Under the pieces are notes generated by a model, which saw nothing but the letters and a program-made list of their open reading frames with translations, ran no database searches and was not told where the DNA came from. The position numbers and the translations under genes are program-made. From NCBI GenBank assembly GCA_963765575.1, contig CAVXWZ010000003.1:1-63988 (forward strand): a DNA stretch of 63,988 nucleotides, in the 5' to 3' direction. This document shows, piece by piece, positions 30,706 through 42,351 of the stretch (within the stretch, counting starts at the first letter, position 1; each line of letters starts with the position of its first letter). Origin of the DNA: an uncultured cyanobacterium. GTDB taxonomy: Bacteria > Cyanobacteriota > Cyanobacteriia > PCC-6307 > Cyanobiaceae.

Positions 30706-31494
30706 ATGGGCCTGGTGGCGGCGGCGCTGCTGGTGCTGCTCGTCCTCGGCGCCTGGGCGCCGCCGGCCAGCGCCGCCGACAATCCCGAGCTGCTGCCCGA
30801 CCACCCCACCCCGGTGATCGACCTGGCCCGCGCCTTCACCGACAGCCAGCGCGCCGACCTGGAGCAGGAGCTGAGTGAGGTGGAAGCCGCCAGTGGCTGG
30901 AAGCTGCGGGTGCTCACCCAGTACGAGCGCACCCCCGGCCTGGCGGTGCGCGATTTCTGGAACCTGGACGAGCGCTCGCTGCTGCTGGTGGCCGATCCCC
31001 GCGGCGGCAACCTGCTCAACTTCAACGTGGGCGATGCCCTGTTCGCGCTGATGCCGCGCACCTACTGGGTGGAGCTGCAGACCCGCTTCGGCAACCAGTA
31101 CTACGTGCGCGACCACGGCGAGGACGGCGCCATCGTCGATGCCCTGGCGGCGGTGGAGCTCTGCCTGGATCGGGGCGGCTGCCAGGTGGTGCCCGGCCTG
31201 CCCCAGGAGCAGTGGGTGCTGACCCTGGCCACCTCGATTCTGGGGGGCCTGATCGTGGGCTTCGCCGCCTATCCGCGCCAGCCGGGACGCACGGTGGAGT
31301 GGACCTGGGTGCTGCTGCTCTCACCCCTGTGGGTGATTCTTTTCGGGATTTTCGGCGTGGCGCCGATCGTGACCCGCACCAGCGATCTGTTGCCGCTGGT
31401 GCGCAACGCCATGGGCTTCATAGGCGGAATTCTCACGGCCTACCTGCTGGCCCAGCGCACGGTGGGCCAGAGCCGGGGCGACAGCGGCACCTGA
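30706..31494 (+). CDS. TPM-domain thylakoid lumen/membrane protein (start uncertain)
   Basis: NPELLPDHPTPVIDLA, GWKLRVLTQY, ELQTRFGNQYYV, C-terminal TMs. Confidence 0.8.
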   Translation: MGLVAAALLVLLVLGAWAPPASAADNPELLPDHPTPVIDLARAFTDSQRADLEQELSEVEAASGWKLRVLTQYERTPGLAVRDFWNLDERSLLLVADPRGGNLLNFNVGDALFALMPRTYWVELQTRFGNQYYVRDHGEDGAIVDALAAVELCLDRGGCQVVPGLPQEQWVLTLATSILGGLIVGFAAYPRQPGRTVEWTWVLLLSPLWVILFGIFGVAPIVTRTSDLLPLVRNAMGFIGGILTAYLLAQRTVGQSRGDSGT

Positions 31495-31542
31495 AGCCTT
31501 GGGCCGGAAAAGGCCCTGGACCCGGGAGGGCCTGGAGCGACT

Positions 31543-32418
31543 TCAGACGCGGCCGGGCTGGGGGCTGGTGGAGCGGGGACCGACCTGATCGAGGGCCTCC
31601 AGACGGCAGCGCAGCGAATTTGCGGGCGTGCAGGACTCGACAACCTCAGCGGCAGAGGCGGCCTGCAGGGCCAGCAACGCTTCCTGCTGACGGGCCCGGA
31701 CCTGGGCGCGCAGCTGGTTGAGGTTGGCTTCGTAGAAGCGGCGCAACTCGTCGTAGCGCTTCACCGGCTGGCCGTAGAAGCTGCGGCCGGCAAGGGTGGG
31801 GAAGGAGGCCCACTCGGGAGCCAGGCGATTGGCCAGCTCGGGGCTGAACACGCCGCGGTCAGCGAGGTGCAGGGCGCCACGGCGCTGCACCAGGTAGATG
31901 GCGGCCTGGTCCTGGACGCGGGGCCCGAAGGCCTGGGGGCCGTGGGTGCGCAGACCGAGGGAGCGGGTGACCATCGCCCAGGTGGGCGGCATGAACTGGT
32001 AGGCGCCGGCCGCGGCACTGGCGTAGCGGGCGGTGCGGTTCACCCGGTCGGGGTGGCGATCGAGGGAGGGCATCAGCCCGCCGCCGAACATGATCCAGTA
32101 GCCCCGGTCCTGACCGTTGGCCCAGGTGCCCTCCGCGTAGCGGATGGTGTTGAGCAGGGCGCGACGCTCCGGGGTGATGGCGTAGATGCTCGGGCCCGGC
32201 GGGGGCAACGGCACCGACAGGGCGACACGGTTGTCAACGGCAGAGGCGTTGGCGATGCGGCCGTTGGCCACCTCATCCACCTGCAGGGAGCTGGGCAATC
32301 GGTAGGTGCCAGACCCGGGCTGGGATGCCAGAGCCGCGGGGGCCATCACCAGGGGGAGGGCCGACACGGAGGCGGCCATGCCCAGAATTGCTGTTGCCTT
32401 GGCGAAGAAGTGAACCAA
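31543..32418 (-). CDS. GH104 (lambda-type) muramidase
   Basis: ALLNTIRYAEGT, SAAAGAYQF, QDQAA, EWASFP, YGQP. Confidence 0.85.
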   Translation of the reverse strand: MVHFFAKATAILGMAASVSALPLVMAPAALASQPGSGTYRLPSSLQVDEVANGRIANASAVDNRVALSVPLPPPGPSIYAITPERRALLNTIRYAEGTWANGQDRGYWIMFGGGLMPSLDRHPDRVNRTARYASAAAGAYQFMPPTWAMVTRSLGLRTHGPQAFGPRVQDQAAIYLVQRRGALHLADRGVFSPELANRLAPEWASFPTLAGRSFYGQPVKRYDELRRFYEANLNQLRAQVRARQQEALLALQAASAAEVVESCTPANSLRCRLEALDQVGPRSTSPQPGRV

Positions 32419-32613
32419 AAGTCACAACAAATTGTTGCGCAGCAATTTGGCTAACCCTGGAGACATTCTGGATTGCATATGTGCCAATCGCACAGGCGTC
32501 CACTCGTATCAACAATGACGCCAAACGGTTGAACTCACTGTCAACACAGGAAAGTTGCTCTCTTGAGCAACAGAAACACCGATCACCCAGGGGTGATTGA
32601 TCGAATCTCCTGA

Positions 32614-33699
32614 TCACCCCTTGCGCGCCCCTGCGCTGCTGTCCCCCAGGGTGGCGATCGCCGCGGCGGCCTGCTGGGCGCCATCGCCCGGCAGCGGGGC
32701 CCGCCGCGGGGCCAGCAGCGGCTGGTCGAGCTCCCAGTCGCCACTCAGCAGCTGGGCCTGGCTGAGCAGGCGGTGCCAGCCATGGCGCTGCAGATCGCGC
32801 TCCAGCACTGGCGCCTCGGCGAAACCCCGCCGATGCACCAGATGGATCCCCACCCCGTAGCGCATGGCCTCACAGAAGCTGCTGTAGCCGGGTTTGGTGA
32901 TCAGCCGGCCGCAGTGGCCCATCAGCTCCAGGGGACGCACCGAGGCCGGCAGCACGCGGCCATTGACCGCCGCGCCCAGGGCCGGGTCGTGGCCCACAAA
33001 GCGGTGGCCGGGCCAGCGGGCCAGCAGGGCCGGATCGAGGGCCAGGCCCAGGCCCCCGAAGCTGATCAGCACGTTGCGATCGCGCTCGGGGAGCAGCCCC
33101 AGCTCTGCGGCCAGGGCTGCGCCGTCGAGGCGGGGCTCGCCGGCCGTGAGGCCGATGGCGGTGGCCGGCAGCCCCCAGGGCATCGGCAGGGACAGCGGAC
33201 AGCGCAGCAGCAACTGGCCGCGGGCATAGAGGTCGCGGCTGTGCTCCACCCAGGGGGCGAAGGCGGCGCCGAAGGGCTCATAGATGGCATCCCAGCCGAA
33301 GCTGGCCAGCCAGATCAGGGGGGCGTCAACGCCGGCGGCCAGCAGGGCGGCCGCCGGCGGCACATCCCCCAGCACCAGCACGGGCTCGCCCTGGCGGCGC
33401 AGCCAGGCCAGCTCCCGCTCCAGCTGGGCGGGCAGGCGGCGCTCCAGGGCCTCCAGGGCCCTCAGGGTGGCCGCCGGGTCAGAGCCCAGGGCGTCGGCCT
33501 GCAGCACGCCCACATCCCACTGGCAGGGACGGTGCAGCACCGGCACGGGCCCGAAGGCGGTGGCCAGAAACTCCGGGGACAGGGCGGTGGAGAGCACCAG
33601 CCGCCAGTGGGGGCGGAGCCGGTGCAGGGCGGTGAGCACGGCGGCGGTGCGGGAGCCGTGGCCGAAGCCATGGCTGCTGATGCAGGCGAGGATCAGCAC
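32614..33699 (-). CDS. GT-B-like protein
   Basis: ISSHGFGHGSR, ITKPGYSSFCEA. Confidence 0.7.
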   Translation of the reverse strand: MLILACISSHGFGHGSRTAAVLTALHRLRPHWRLVLSTALSPEFLATAFGPVPVLHRPCQWDVGVLQADALGSDPAATLRALEALERRLPAQLERELAWLRRQGEPVLVLGDVPPAAALLAAGVDAPLIWLASFGWDAIYEPFGAAFAPWVEHSRDLYARGQLLLRCPLSLPMPWGLPATAIGLTAGEPRLDGAALAAELGLLPERDRNVLISFGGLGLALDPALLARWPGHRFVGHDPALGAAVNGRVLPASVRPLELMGHCGRLITKPGYSSFCEAMRYGVGIHLVHRRGFAEAPVLERDLQRHGWHRLLSQAQLLSGDWELDQPLLAPRRAPLPGDGAQQAAAAIATLGDSSAGARKG

Positions 33700-34574
33700 G
33701 GCAGGGAGGCCGCCAGCGGAGCCTGGTGCAGGCGCTCCTCATAGAGCAGTTGTCCATCGAGGCCATACCAGCGGTGGCTGGCGTGCACGACCCGGGCCCG
33801 CAGGGGGTCGGCCACCTCCAGCTCCACCCAGCTGAAATGACGCAGCTCCCGGCCGGCCGGATCGCGGCCATGGCGCGGCACGCTGGCGGCATTGAAATAG
33901 ACGGTGCCGGCGCGATCCAGACAGAGGCTGCGGCGCACGCCCTGGCCGCGCCGCAGCTGGTGGTGCATGTGGCCGAACACCACCAGCGGCAGGGGCCGCC
34001 GGCTGCGGATGCGCCGGATCGCCAGGGCCAGATCCTGGTCGCCCCAGTCACAGGCGGGTTTCTTCCAGTCGCGCCCGCAGGGATCTGCGGCGGCGCTGCC
34101 CAGACCAGCCGGACCGCAGTGGGCCAGCAGCACCAGGGGCAGGGCCGGATCGGCCGCCAGGGCCGCCGCGGCGATGCGCTCGGCCGACTCCTCCAGCCCC
34201 ACGGGCCCATACACCGAGGTCACCGCCTGCGACAGCTGGAAGCCGCCGCCGGCACTGCCGGGCCGACCGCCGACCACGGCCAGCCCCGGCGGTCGCAATT
34301 CCCGCAGGCCCCAGCCGCAGTGCAACTCGCCGAGGGTGTTGAGCTGGCGTTGCAGGGTGCGGCCGGAGGAGTCCTTGCCGGTGTCGTGGTTGCCGAGGAT
34401 GCAGGCCAGCGGCAGCTGCAGACGGCGCAGATCGGCAGGGATGCGTGGCTGGCCGTCGCTGAGGTCACCCACCACCAACAGCGCATCGGGCGCCACCCGC
34501 TCGAGCAGGGCGGCGTCGCTGCCATCCCAGGCTCCATGCGGATCCCCCACCACCGCCAGCCGCAGGACCGGCAT
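33693..34574 (-). CDS. Metallophosphoesterase (TIGR04168-like)
   Basis: GDPHG, VGD, GNHD, AH.GP, FGHMH. Confidence 0.85.
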   Translation of the reverse strand: MPVLRLAVVGDPHGAWDGSDAALLERVAPDALLVVGDLSDGQPRIPADLRRLQLPLACILGNHDTGKDSSGRTLQRQLNTLGELHCGWGLRELRPPGLAVVGGRPGSAGGGFQLSQAVTSVYGPVGLEESAERIAAAALAADPALPLVLLAHCGPAGLGSAAADPCGRDWKKPACDWGDQDLALAIRRIRSRRPLPLVVFGHMHHQLRRGQGVRRSLCLDRAGTVYFNAASVPRHGRDPAGRELRHFSWVELEVADPLRARVVHASHRWYGLDGQLLYEERLHQAPLAASLPC

Positions 34575-34620
34575 CGAGCTCTGCCTAGGCTTGGCCCATC
34601 CTGCCCGCCGAGGAGCCCGG

Positions 34621-35595
<975 letters not shown>

Positions 35596-36088
35596 CGGGC
35601 TAGCTGGAAACGCCACCAGGGCGACCAAACCCATGCCGCCGGGCCACGACCTTTGCGACAAAGCCTTGCGATGGGGGCGGCGGTAGCCCTTGCTGCTTGC
35701 CGGCCTTTAGATTTCCTTTAGAAATAGTTCAGATGGGTTTTTGGCCATGGCTTTTTCGGGTCTGCCGTCCCTGCTCGCGCTGGCGGGTCTGGCCGGATTC
35801 ACGCTGGTTCAGGTGGCCCTGCGGCTGGGTGTGCTCTGAAGCGAGCGCTCATCGAGATCAGGCTCGATTCCAGAGTGAATGGGATCGCCTTGAGAGCGAT
35901 ACCGGTACGTCATCAACGCTTGGCTTGTGGTGGGCGAGCAGATTGTGGTGAGCGAGCAGGATGTTGTCCATAGCGACCTAAATGTCCTTAGCGACGTAGA
36001 CAATCTTTGGCAGGCCATCCATCTCTGGGTGGCGTGGCCGTGGCTTCAACTTCGCTGCAAACCCAGCAGCTGCCGCTCCCCCAGACAA

Positions 36089-37171
36089 CTAGTAGCTGTA
36101 GTTGGCCTCGAACAACGGCGTGCCGTCGGAGGGCTCCGAACCGGCCACGTAGAACCCCTGGGCGGCCTGGCCGTTGGCCCGGGCCCGGGCCAGCAGGGCC
36201 TGCTGACCCGCTGCCACGTCGTGGCCGGCCCAGTGCTTCAGGCATGACTGCTGCATCGCGCGGCCATAGGAAAAACCCAGATGCCAGGGCGCCGGCGAGA
36301 TGGCCCGGTTGATGCCGTTGAGATAGACACTGGCCTCCTCCTCGCTGAGTCCGCCGGAGAGGAACAGCACCGCCGGCACGCTCACCGGCACGGTGCGCTC
36401 CAAGGTGCGCAGGCTGAATTCCGCCACCTGGTCCGGGCTGGGCGGGGTGGCGCAGGCCATGCCCGGCAGGGTCATGGAGGGCTTGAGCAGGCTGCCCTCG
36501 AGAAACACGCCGTTGTGGCTGAGGGCCTGGTACACCGTGCGCAGCACCCATTCCTGCACGGCGGCGGTGGTCTCGATGTCGTGGTCGCCATCCATCAGGA
36601 TCTCGGGCTCCACGATCGGCACCAGCCCCGCCTCCTGCACGGTGCGGGCGTAGCGGGCCAGCCCCCAGGCGTTCTCGCGCACGCACAGCTCCGACGGGCA
36701 ACCCTGCGGCGAGATTCTCAGCACCGCGCGCCACTTGGCGAAACGGGCACCGCGGCTGTAGTAGCGCTCGGCCCGCTCCTGCAACCCCTTGAGGCCGGTG
36801 CACCAGCTTTCGCCGGGCAGACCGCCAGCCAGGGGGGCGATCCCCTGATCCACCTTGATGCCGGGCACGATCCCACCGTCCCGGAACAGTTCGATGATCG
36901 GCGCACCGGGCCGGCCGTCAGCGTCGACACTGTCCTGGAAGAGGGTTTCCTCGAACAGGATCACGCCGCTGATGGCCTCATCGAGATCCGGGGTGGTGGC
37001 CAGCAGGCTGCGGTAGGCGCGGCGGTTCGCCTCACTGTTCTCGACGCCGATGGCGGCGAAGCGTTTGCCCACGGTGCCATTGGACTCATCGGCGGCCAGC
37101 AGGCCCTTGCCCTGGGCCGCCAGGGAGCAGGCGGTGGCCGCCAGCTCATCGCGATACGTGTCGAGTGCCAT
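36089..37171 (-). CDS. Class I fructose-bisphosphate aldolase
   Basis: GKGLLAADES, GIKVD, FAKWR, VPIVEPE, LLKPSM, FLSGG, FSYGRA. Confidence 0.95.
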   Translation of the reverse strand: MALDTYRDELAATACSLAAQGKGLLAADESNGTVGKRFAAIGVENSEANRRAYRSLLATTPDLDEAISGVILFEETLFQDSVDADGRPGAPIIELFRDGGIVPGIKVDQGIAPLAGGLPGESWCTGLKGLQERAERYYSRGARFAKWRAVLRISPQGCPSELCVRENAWGLARYARTVQEAGLVPIVEPEILMDGDHDIETTAAVQEWVLRTVYQALSHNGVFLEGSLLKPSMTLPGMACATPPSPDQVAEFSLRTLERTVPVSVPAVLFLSGGLSEEEASVYLNGINRAISPAPWHLGFSYGRAMQQSCLKHWAGHDVAAGQQALLARARANGQAAQGFYVAGSEPSDGTPLFEANYSY

Positions 37172-37276
37172 GGAACTGGGCAGCGGCTACCCCATGGCTA
37201 GGCGGGATGGCGTGGCCCCGTCAACAGAGCAAGGTGGAGGTGTGCACCCCAGGCTCTCGGTCACCAGCGCAGCCCC

Positions 37277-37440
37277 ATGCAGAACCCCATGTGCTGGAGC
37301 CGAGCCCTGACGACCTGGCTGCTGATCATGGCGGCCGAAACCCTGCACGGGATCCTGCGGCGCTGGTGGATCAGCCCATGGCTGGCCGATCAGGCGGTGG
37401 GACAACTGGGTGTTGGGGTGGGGTGGTGGATCGGCAGAAG
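37277..37440 (+). pseudogene. N-terminal fragment of a membrane protein at the islet edge
   Basis: WLLIMAAETLHGILR..QLGVGVG then loss of hydrophobic character where composition changes. Confidence 0.35.
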
Positions 37441-37690
37441 ACGAGGCCACGGGAGACGCTCGATCAGGGGGCGACTACGCAGCAAGGCGGAACAACGGAG
37501 GGTCAAAGCAGAGAATCACAGCTGCCCTAAAGAAATGCAATTCCGCGTACGGTGACTGCCAGAAGAGAGCACCTCCCGCGAATTTTTTGGCAGCAAGGAG
37601 TTCGCAAAGAACAATGATGGTTATCGCTGGCTAGGGAGCACCAGAATCTACGGGAACGAAACAGAAAGCAATGCATGGAACAGGAAAGCA

Positions 37691-38020
37691 ATGCATCCGC
37701 TCGATCGCTACAGGCTGCGCTTTGCCCCGGGCCCGTACCCACCGGTTCACGCCTTCTGGTCGCTGACGATGGTTGACTTGCCACAAAGCCTGCTGGTGGC
37801 CAACCCAATCAACCGCCACCTGAACAACTCTCCGATGCTGGCTCAGATGAAACAAGATGCCGATGACGGGCTCACGCTCTACATCCAGCACGAGTCTCCT
37901 GGTGAAGAGCTGGAGTCCAATTGGTTGACCGCGCCCAAGCCCCTTCGCAACGTATATGCGGCCCTATTGGCCCAAGGAAGCGGCACTGGATGGTTCCTGG
38001 ACCAAGCCAAAGCTGATTAA
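37691..38020 (+). pseudogene. DUF1214 C-terminal remnant
   Basis: PPVHAFWSLTM..NPINR..DGLTLYIQHESPG..NWL; no N-terminal domain; frameshift near 37945. Confidence 0.75.
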
Positions 38021-38091
38021 GACAAAGTGAATCAGATTTTAGACGTTTTAAATCCCTGAGTTAGAATATCAACAAAGCTCCAGCTTTCAAG

Positions 38092-39168
38092 ATGAGAACA
38101 CACATGTCAGCTAGGCACATCACACTGGTCCGCACAGTTGGCTGTGCGCTTGGTTGCGCACTGGCCATGGCGCCACCAGCGGCAACAGCAGCAGGCAAGG
38201 TAGATTTAGAAAGTCGCGAGGCCATAATCGTGAACGTCGATAACTTCAGTCATGCCCAAGCTGACTACGAGTTCTCAGGCATTCTGAAGATGAGCGGGGG
38301 AATCAACAAGCTGCACCACAACCGCACGCCGACACCGATCGACAAGCAGAATGTGATCCGCATGAATCGAGATACACTCTACAGCTTAAGTGTGGTCGAT
38401 ATTTCAAAGGGTGCTGTAGTCACGTTACCCGATGCCGGAAAGCGTTACATGTCATTGATGGTTATCAATAATGAGGGGTATGTCAATAAAGTGTTCTACG
38501 GCGGTGGCTCCTACAGACTCACCACTGAGCAGTTCGACACCCCATTTGTGGGTCTGGTCATTCGCACGCTTGCCGATCCAGAAGACAACACTGATCTGGC
38601 CGCAGCCCACAAGTTGCAGGACTTGATCAGAATCACTGCAGGCTCTGAGCAACCCTTTGTGCTGCCGAAGTATGACAAGGCAAGCTACGAGGCGACCCTT
38701 GAACCCATTCTTGATCTTGCCAAGGGTCTGAAGCGTTATCTCAACACCTTCGGTTCCAAAGCAGAGGTCAATCCAGTCCATTTCCTCATCGGTAGTGCTT
38801 CAGCCTGGGGTGGCTTGCCAGACAAGGCAGCCGTTTACGTGAATGTGCAGCCAGATCTTCCAGTTGGCAAGTACGAACTCGAGGTCAAGAATGTTCCAGT
38901 CAAGGGCTTCTGGTCAATCAGTCTCTATAACGCTAAGGGCTATTTCCAGAGGAACGACCTGAATGCCTACAGCCTGAACAACATCACTGCCAAGCCGAAC
39001 AGCGACGGTTCATACACGCTCCGCTTCGGAGGTTGCACACCAAGCACGGAGAATTGTCTGCCAATTATGGACGGCTGGAACTACGCTGTACGCATGTACG
39101 AGCCAGCCCAGGCAATCATCGATGGCACATGGGTGTTCCCAGGGCCACCGAGACCGCGCAACAATTGA
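38092..39168 (+). CDS. Secreted DUF1254/DUF1214 protein
   Basis: Signal peptide, VIRMNRDTLYS, VPVKGFWSISLY, WNYAVRMY. Confidence 0.85.
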   Translation: MRTHMSARHITLVRTVGCALGCALAMAPPAATAAGKVDLESREAIIVNVDNFSHAQADYEFSGILKMSGGINKLHHNRTPTPIDKQNVIRMNRDTLYSLSVVDISKGAVVTLPDAGKRYMSLMVINNEGYVNKVFYGGGSYRLTTEQFDTPFVGLVIRTLADPEDNTDLAAAHKLQDLIRITAGSEQPFVLPKYDKASYEATLEPILDLAKGLKRYLNTFGSKAEVNPVHFLIGSASAWGGLPDKAAVYVNVQPDLPVGKYELEVKNVPVKGFWSISLYNAKGYFQRNDLNAYSLNNITAKPNSDGSYTLRFGGCTPSTENCLPIMDGWNYAVRMYEPAQAIIDGTWVFPGPPRPRNN

Positions 39169-39237
39169 TAGGCATCAATGCAGGGCAGCGGCTTGATTCG
39201 CATTTGGCTCAACAGCATCAAACACCTACGGAACTAA

Positions 39238-40161
39238 ATCACGAAACGCAACCTGCAATGCCTTGCCTTTTTCGCAGCACTCGCCATGGTGCCACTGTCA
39301 ACCGCTGAAGTAGCGGAAGTTAGCAAGGCGAAGTTGGAATCGATTTCTTTACCTGAGAATGTCGAAACACCGATTGTCACCCTGCAGTTTTTTGATGGGG
39401 TGCCGACTGATGCGACGATCGACAGGGTTTAAGACAACCTAGATCGCATGCGTGGTGTCGGGGTATTCCTTGACAACGTCGGTGCTGTTTTGATGAACAG
39501 CGTGCGCAAGGGACTTGCTGGGCCGGTGCCGAAGGCGCCAACAGGATGCCGTGTTTGCACAGCTGATGGATTCGCAGACCTTGGTCGTCACTGCGAATAC
39601 ATCAACTCTTTATGCCTATACCTACACTGACCTCGCTGATGACGGCCCAACTGTTATCGAGGTTCCGCCCGGTATGCTCGGGTTTCTCAATGACGGCTGG
39701 CAACGGTTTGTCGGCAACATGGGGGTCACAGGACCGGACAAGGGCAAGGGTGGAAACTATTTAGTGCTGCCGCCCGGCTACAGCGGTGATGTGCCAGAGG
39801 GCTATTTCCCCATGAGGCCTCCGACCAATCGCCATTTCATGTTTCTGCGCGGTTCAATTGCAAAGGGACTCCAACCAGCGGTCGCCAATATCAAGGGAAA
39901 CCTAAAGGTTTATCCTCTCAAGAACGCAGCGAAACAGATCAGCAGTTTCCGAGCATCGGCAGCAAGAACAAAGACATCGTCATCAAGGCCGACGGTTCGG
40001 TGGATGTCTGGTTTGGCCCTACGGCCCCCAAGGGGCATGAAGCAAACTGGGTTCAGACCGTGCCCCGCATGGGCTGGGGCGTGATCCTGCGCCTGTATGG
40101 CCCCGAGAAGAGCTGGTTTGTCATAACCTGGAAAGCGGGTGAGTTTGCATTGCAGAGTTAA
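39238..40161 (+). pseudogene. DUF1254/DUF1214 pseudogene
   Basis: FFDGVP..RV*DNLD nonsense codon at 39430, frameshift near 39520, jump from the N-domain to C-terminal DGSVDVWFGP near 39940. Confidence 0.8.
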
Positions 40162-40668
40162 TCCGCTGGGCCACATCACTCCTGGAGTCGCAGTGTTTTT
40201 GCACCTGATACTTCGGATCGATCGATGTTGCCCAGCTCTACGGCAGCCTCGGGGTCAGGCCCGGCATCCCCATCTCTCTACTGGGGGCCTGCGCGGGCGT
40301 GAGCGGTGCCCTGCGTGAGGTGTCGACCGGTCAATAAAGTCTGCCTGAAACGCCACGAATCAACGATCAGAGTTGATGCTTGGTTGAAGAGGCCTAACGT
40401 TCATCTTCCTGGCCTATTGAGGATCTATCACAGCGTAAGTTTGTGCGTCTCAGCAAGTCCGAGATTGGCATGACTCACCACAGGCAACTCTGCTAGCGAA
40501 TCGCGTCGTGGACCTGTAGGGGGTTGGCCTGGGTGATGGCCACCATCATCGGCCTGGATGGCTGCAGCGGGCCATTGCAGGCCAAGCCACAGGATTGTTG
40601 CGAATGCTGATGGACAGCATCGCCAACGCGTTCACTGACAGCCTGGCCCCATCGCTCCAGCCCGCTCG

Positions 40669-41376
40669 ATGCCCCTGCCCGCCCAACCGATCCTGATCCT
40701 CGGTGGCTTTCTGATCAGCCCACAGGCCTACGCGCCGATGGTCACCCGGCTGGAGCAGCTGAGTGGCCAGCCGGTGCAACTCGTGCCGGTGGGCAAGCCC
40801 GAATGGCTGCTCACCGTGTTCGCCTTCGCCTGGGCGCGCATCCTCGACCGGGTGAGCAACGCGGTGAGCGAACTGGCCCGCGATTCCCCCACCGGCAAGG
40901 TGACTCTGATCGGCCACAGTTCCGGCGGCATCATGCTGCGGCTGCTGCTCGATCAGGCGCCGTTCCAGGGCCGCAGCTACAACGGCAAGGCCCTGGCCGA
41001 CACCCTGGTGATGCTCGGCAGCCCCCACACCGCCCTCAAGGCCACGGTGTTGCGCCAGATGGTGGCCCAGCGGCTGCCGGGCGCCACCTTTGCCGATCAG
41101 GTGACCTACATCTCCGTGGCCGGCGACCTGGATCTGCAGACCGCCACCCCCATGGCCCAGCGCCTGGCGCCCACCGCCTACCGCAACAGCACGGGCGATC
41201 GCCACGACCGCGGCGATGGTCTGGTGCCCGTGAGCTCGGCCCTGTTGGAGGGCTCCACGCCCCTGGTGCTGCCGGGGGTGGCCCATGGCGGTGCCTTCGG
41301 ACCCAGCTGGTATGGCAGCCCGGAGGTGGTGGAGCGCTGGTGGGGGCTGGTGCAGGAGGCGGGAGCCAGTGGCTGA
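40669..41376 (+). CDS. Alpha/beta hydrolase (esterase/lipase)
   Basis: LGGF, IGHSSGG, LGSPH, GDGLVP, VAHGG. Confidence 0.85.
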   Translation: MPLPAQPILILGGFLISPQAYAPMVTRLEQLSGQPVQLVPVGKPEWLLTVFAFAWARILDRVSNAVSELARDSPTGKVTLIGHSSGGIMLRLLLDQAPFQGRSYNGKALADTLVMLGSPHTALKATVLRQMVAQRLPGATFADQVTYISVAGDLDLQTATPMAQRLAPTAYRNSTGDRHDRGDGLVPVSSALLEGSTPLVLPGVAHGGAFGPSWYGSPEVVERWWGLVQEAGASG

Positions 41377-41463
41377 TCCGGCAGCGGGGGCCACGAACGC
41401 ACGTCCTGCCGAACTCGAAGGGTCCCGCGCTCTGCCAGGATCGCTGCCCTGCGCCCCGCACCG

Positions 41464-41706
41464 ATGTCGCGCCAGCACTGGCTTCTGGCCCTGCTCGCCG
41501 CAGCTTCAGGCGCCATCGCCGGGGGCACCAGCCTGCCCGCCCTGGCCCAGGGCGCTCAGAGGGCACTGTTCGACACCAGGGCTGAGGCTGAAGCCGCCGC
41601 CAGGCACTTCAACTGCCAGGGCGCCCACCGCATGGGCAACCACTGGATGCCCTGTGCCCGCCACGGCAGTCCAGCCAGCCAGCACGCCAAGCCAACAACT
41701 CCCTGA
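41464..41706 (+). CDS. Secreted DUF3721-like protein
   Basis: Signal peptide + AEAAA..CQGAHRMGNHWMPC. Confidence 0.75.
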   Translation: MSRQHWLLALLAAASGAIAGGTSLPALAQGAQRALFDTRAEAEAAARHFNCQGAHRMGNHWMPCARHGSPASQHAKPTTP

Positions 41707-42182
41707 TGCCCGAGCCCACCCAGACGGATTCCGCAGCACCACCGGCGCCGTCGATGTGCGGCGGCAAGCCGAAGATCGTGGCCATCGGCATCGCCCCCCT
41801 CGGGATCATCTCAATCGGCATCGTGCCCATGGGGGTGGTGAGCATCGGCGTGGTGCCGATGGGCGTGCTCAGCATCGGTGCCGTGGCGATGGGTGTGATC
41901 AATGCCTCGGTGGTGGGCATGGGGATCGTGATCGCCGGCGTCAATGTGATGGGCGTGTGGTGGGCCGGGGTCGAAGGCATGGGCCCCTACCGGCTCGGGG
42001 GCCAGCAGCAACAAGGCCACCAGCACGGCTCCAGCCAGCAGAACCTCTACGCCTACCCCGACCGCGCCACCGCCGAGCGCAAAGCCCAAGAACTCGGCTG
42101 CGAAGGCGTGCATGCCATGGGTTCGCTCTGGATGCCCTGCCAGGAGCACCCCGAAGCCGAGGCCAACCCACCCAGCCGCTGA
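41706..42182 (+). CDS. Hydrophobic 10-aa-repeat protein with C-terminal DUF3721-like domain
   Basis: GIVPMGVVSI-type repeats; CEGVHAMGSLWMPC. Confidence 0.75.
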   Translation: MPEPTQTDSAAPPAPSMCGGKPKIVAIGIAPLGIISIGIVPMGVVSIGVVPMGVLSIGAVAMGVINASVVGMGIVIAGVNVMGVWWAGVEGMGPYRLGGQQQQGHQHGSSQQNLYAYPDRATAERKAQELGCEGVHAMGSLWMPCQEHPEAEANPPSR

Positions 42183-42351
42183 ACTGCAGCCGCTGAGCTG
42201 GAGCCGCTCAACCGCCGAGCCGCCAAGCCCGCGCGATCGCTCAAGAACGGTGACACCCGCAGGCCCCCTGGCGCTGCAGCCGCTGGGTCGCGCTAGCGCT
42301 GGGACCGTGGTGCCGCGACCCCTGGGCTCCGCTGATCTCCCCGGTACCGCC

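Noticed and set aside
32430..32449. Near-perfect palindrome AAATTGTTGCGCAGCAATTT just upstream of the GH104 gene
   Set aside because: It is a single occurrence with no assignable regulator or RNA family.
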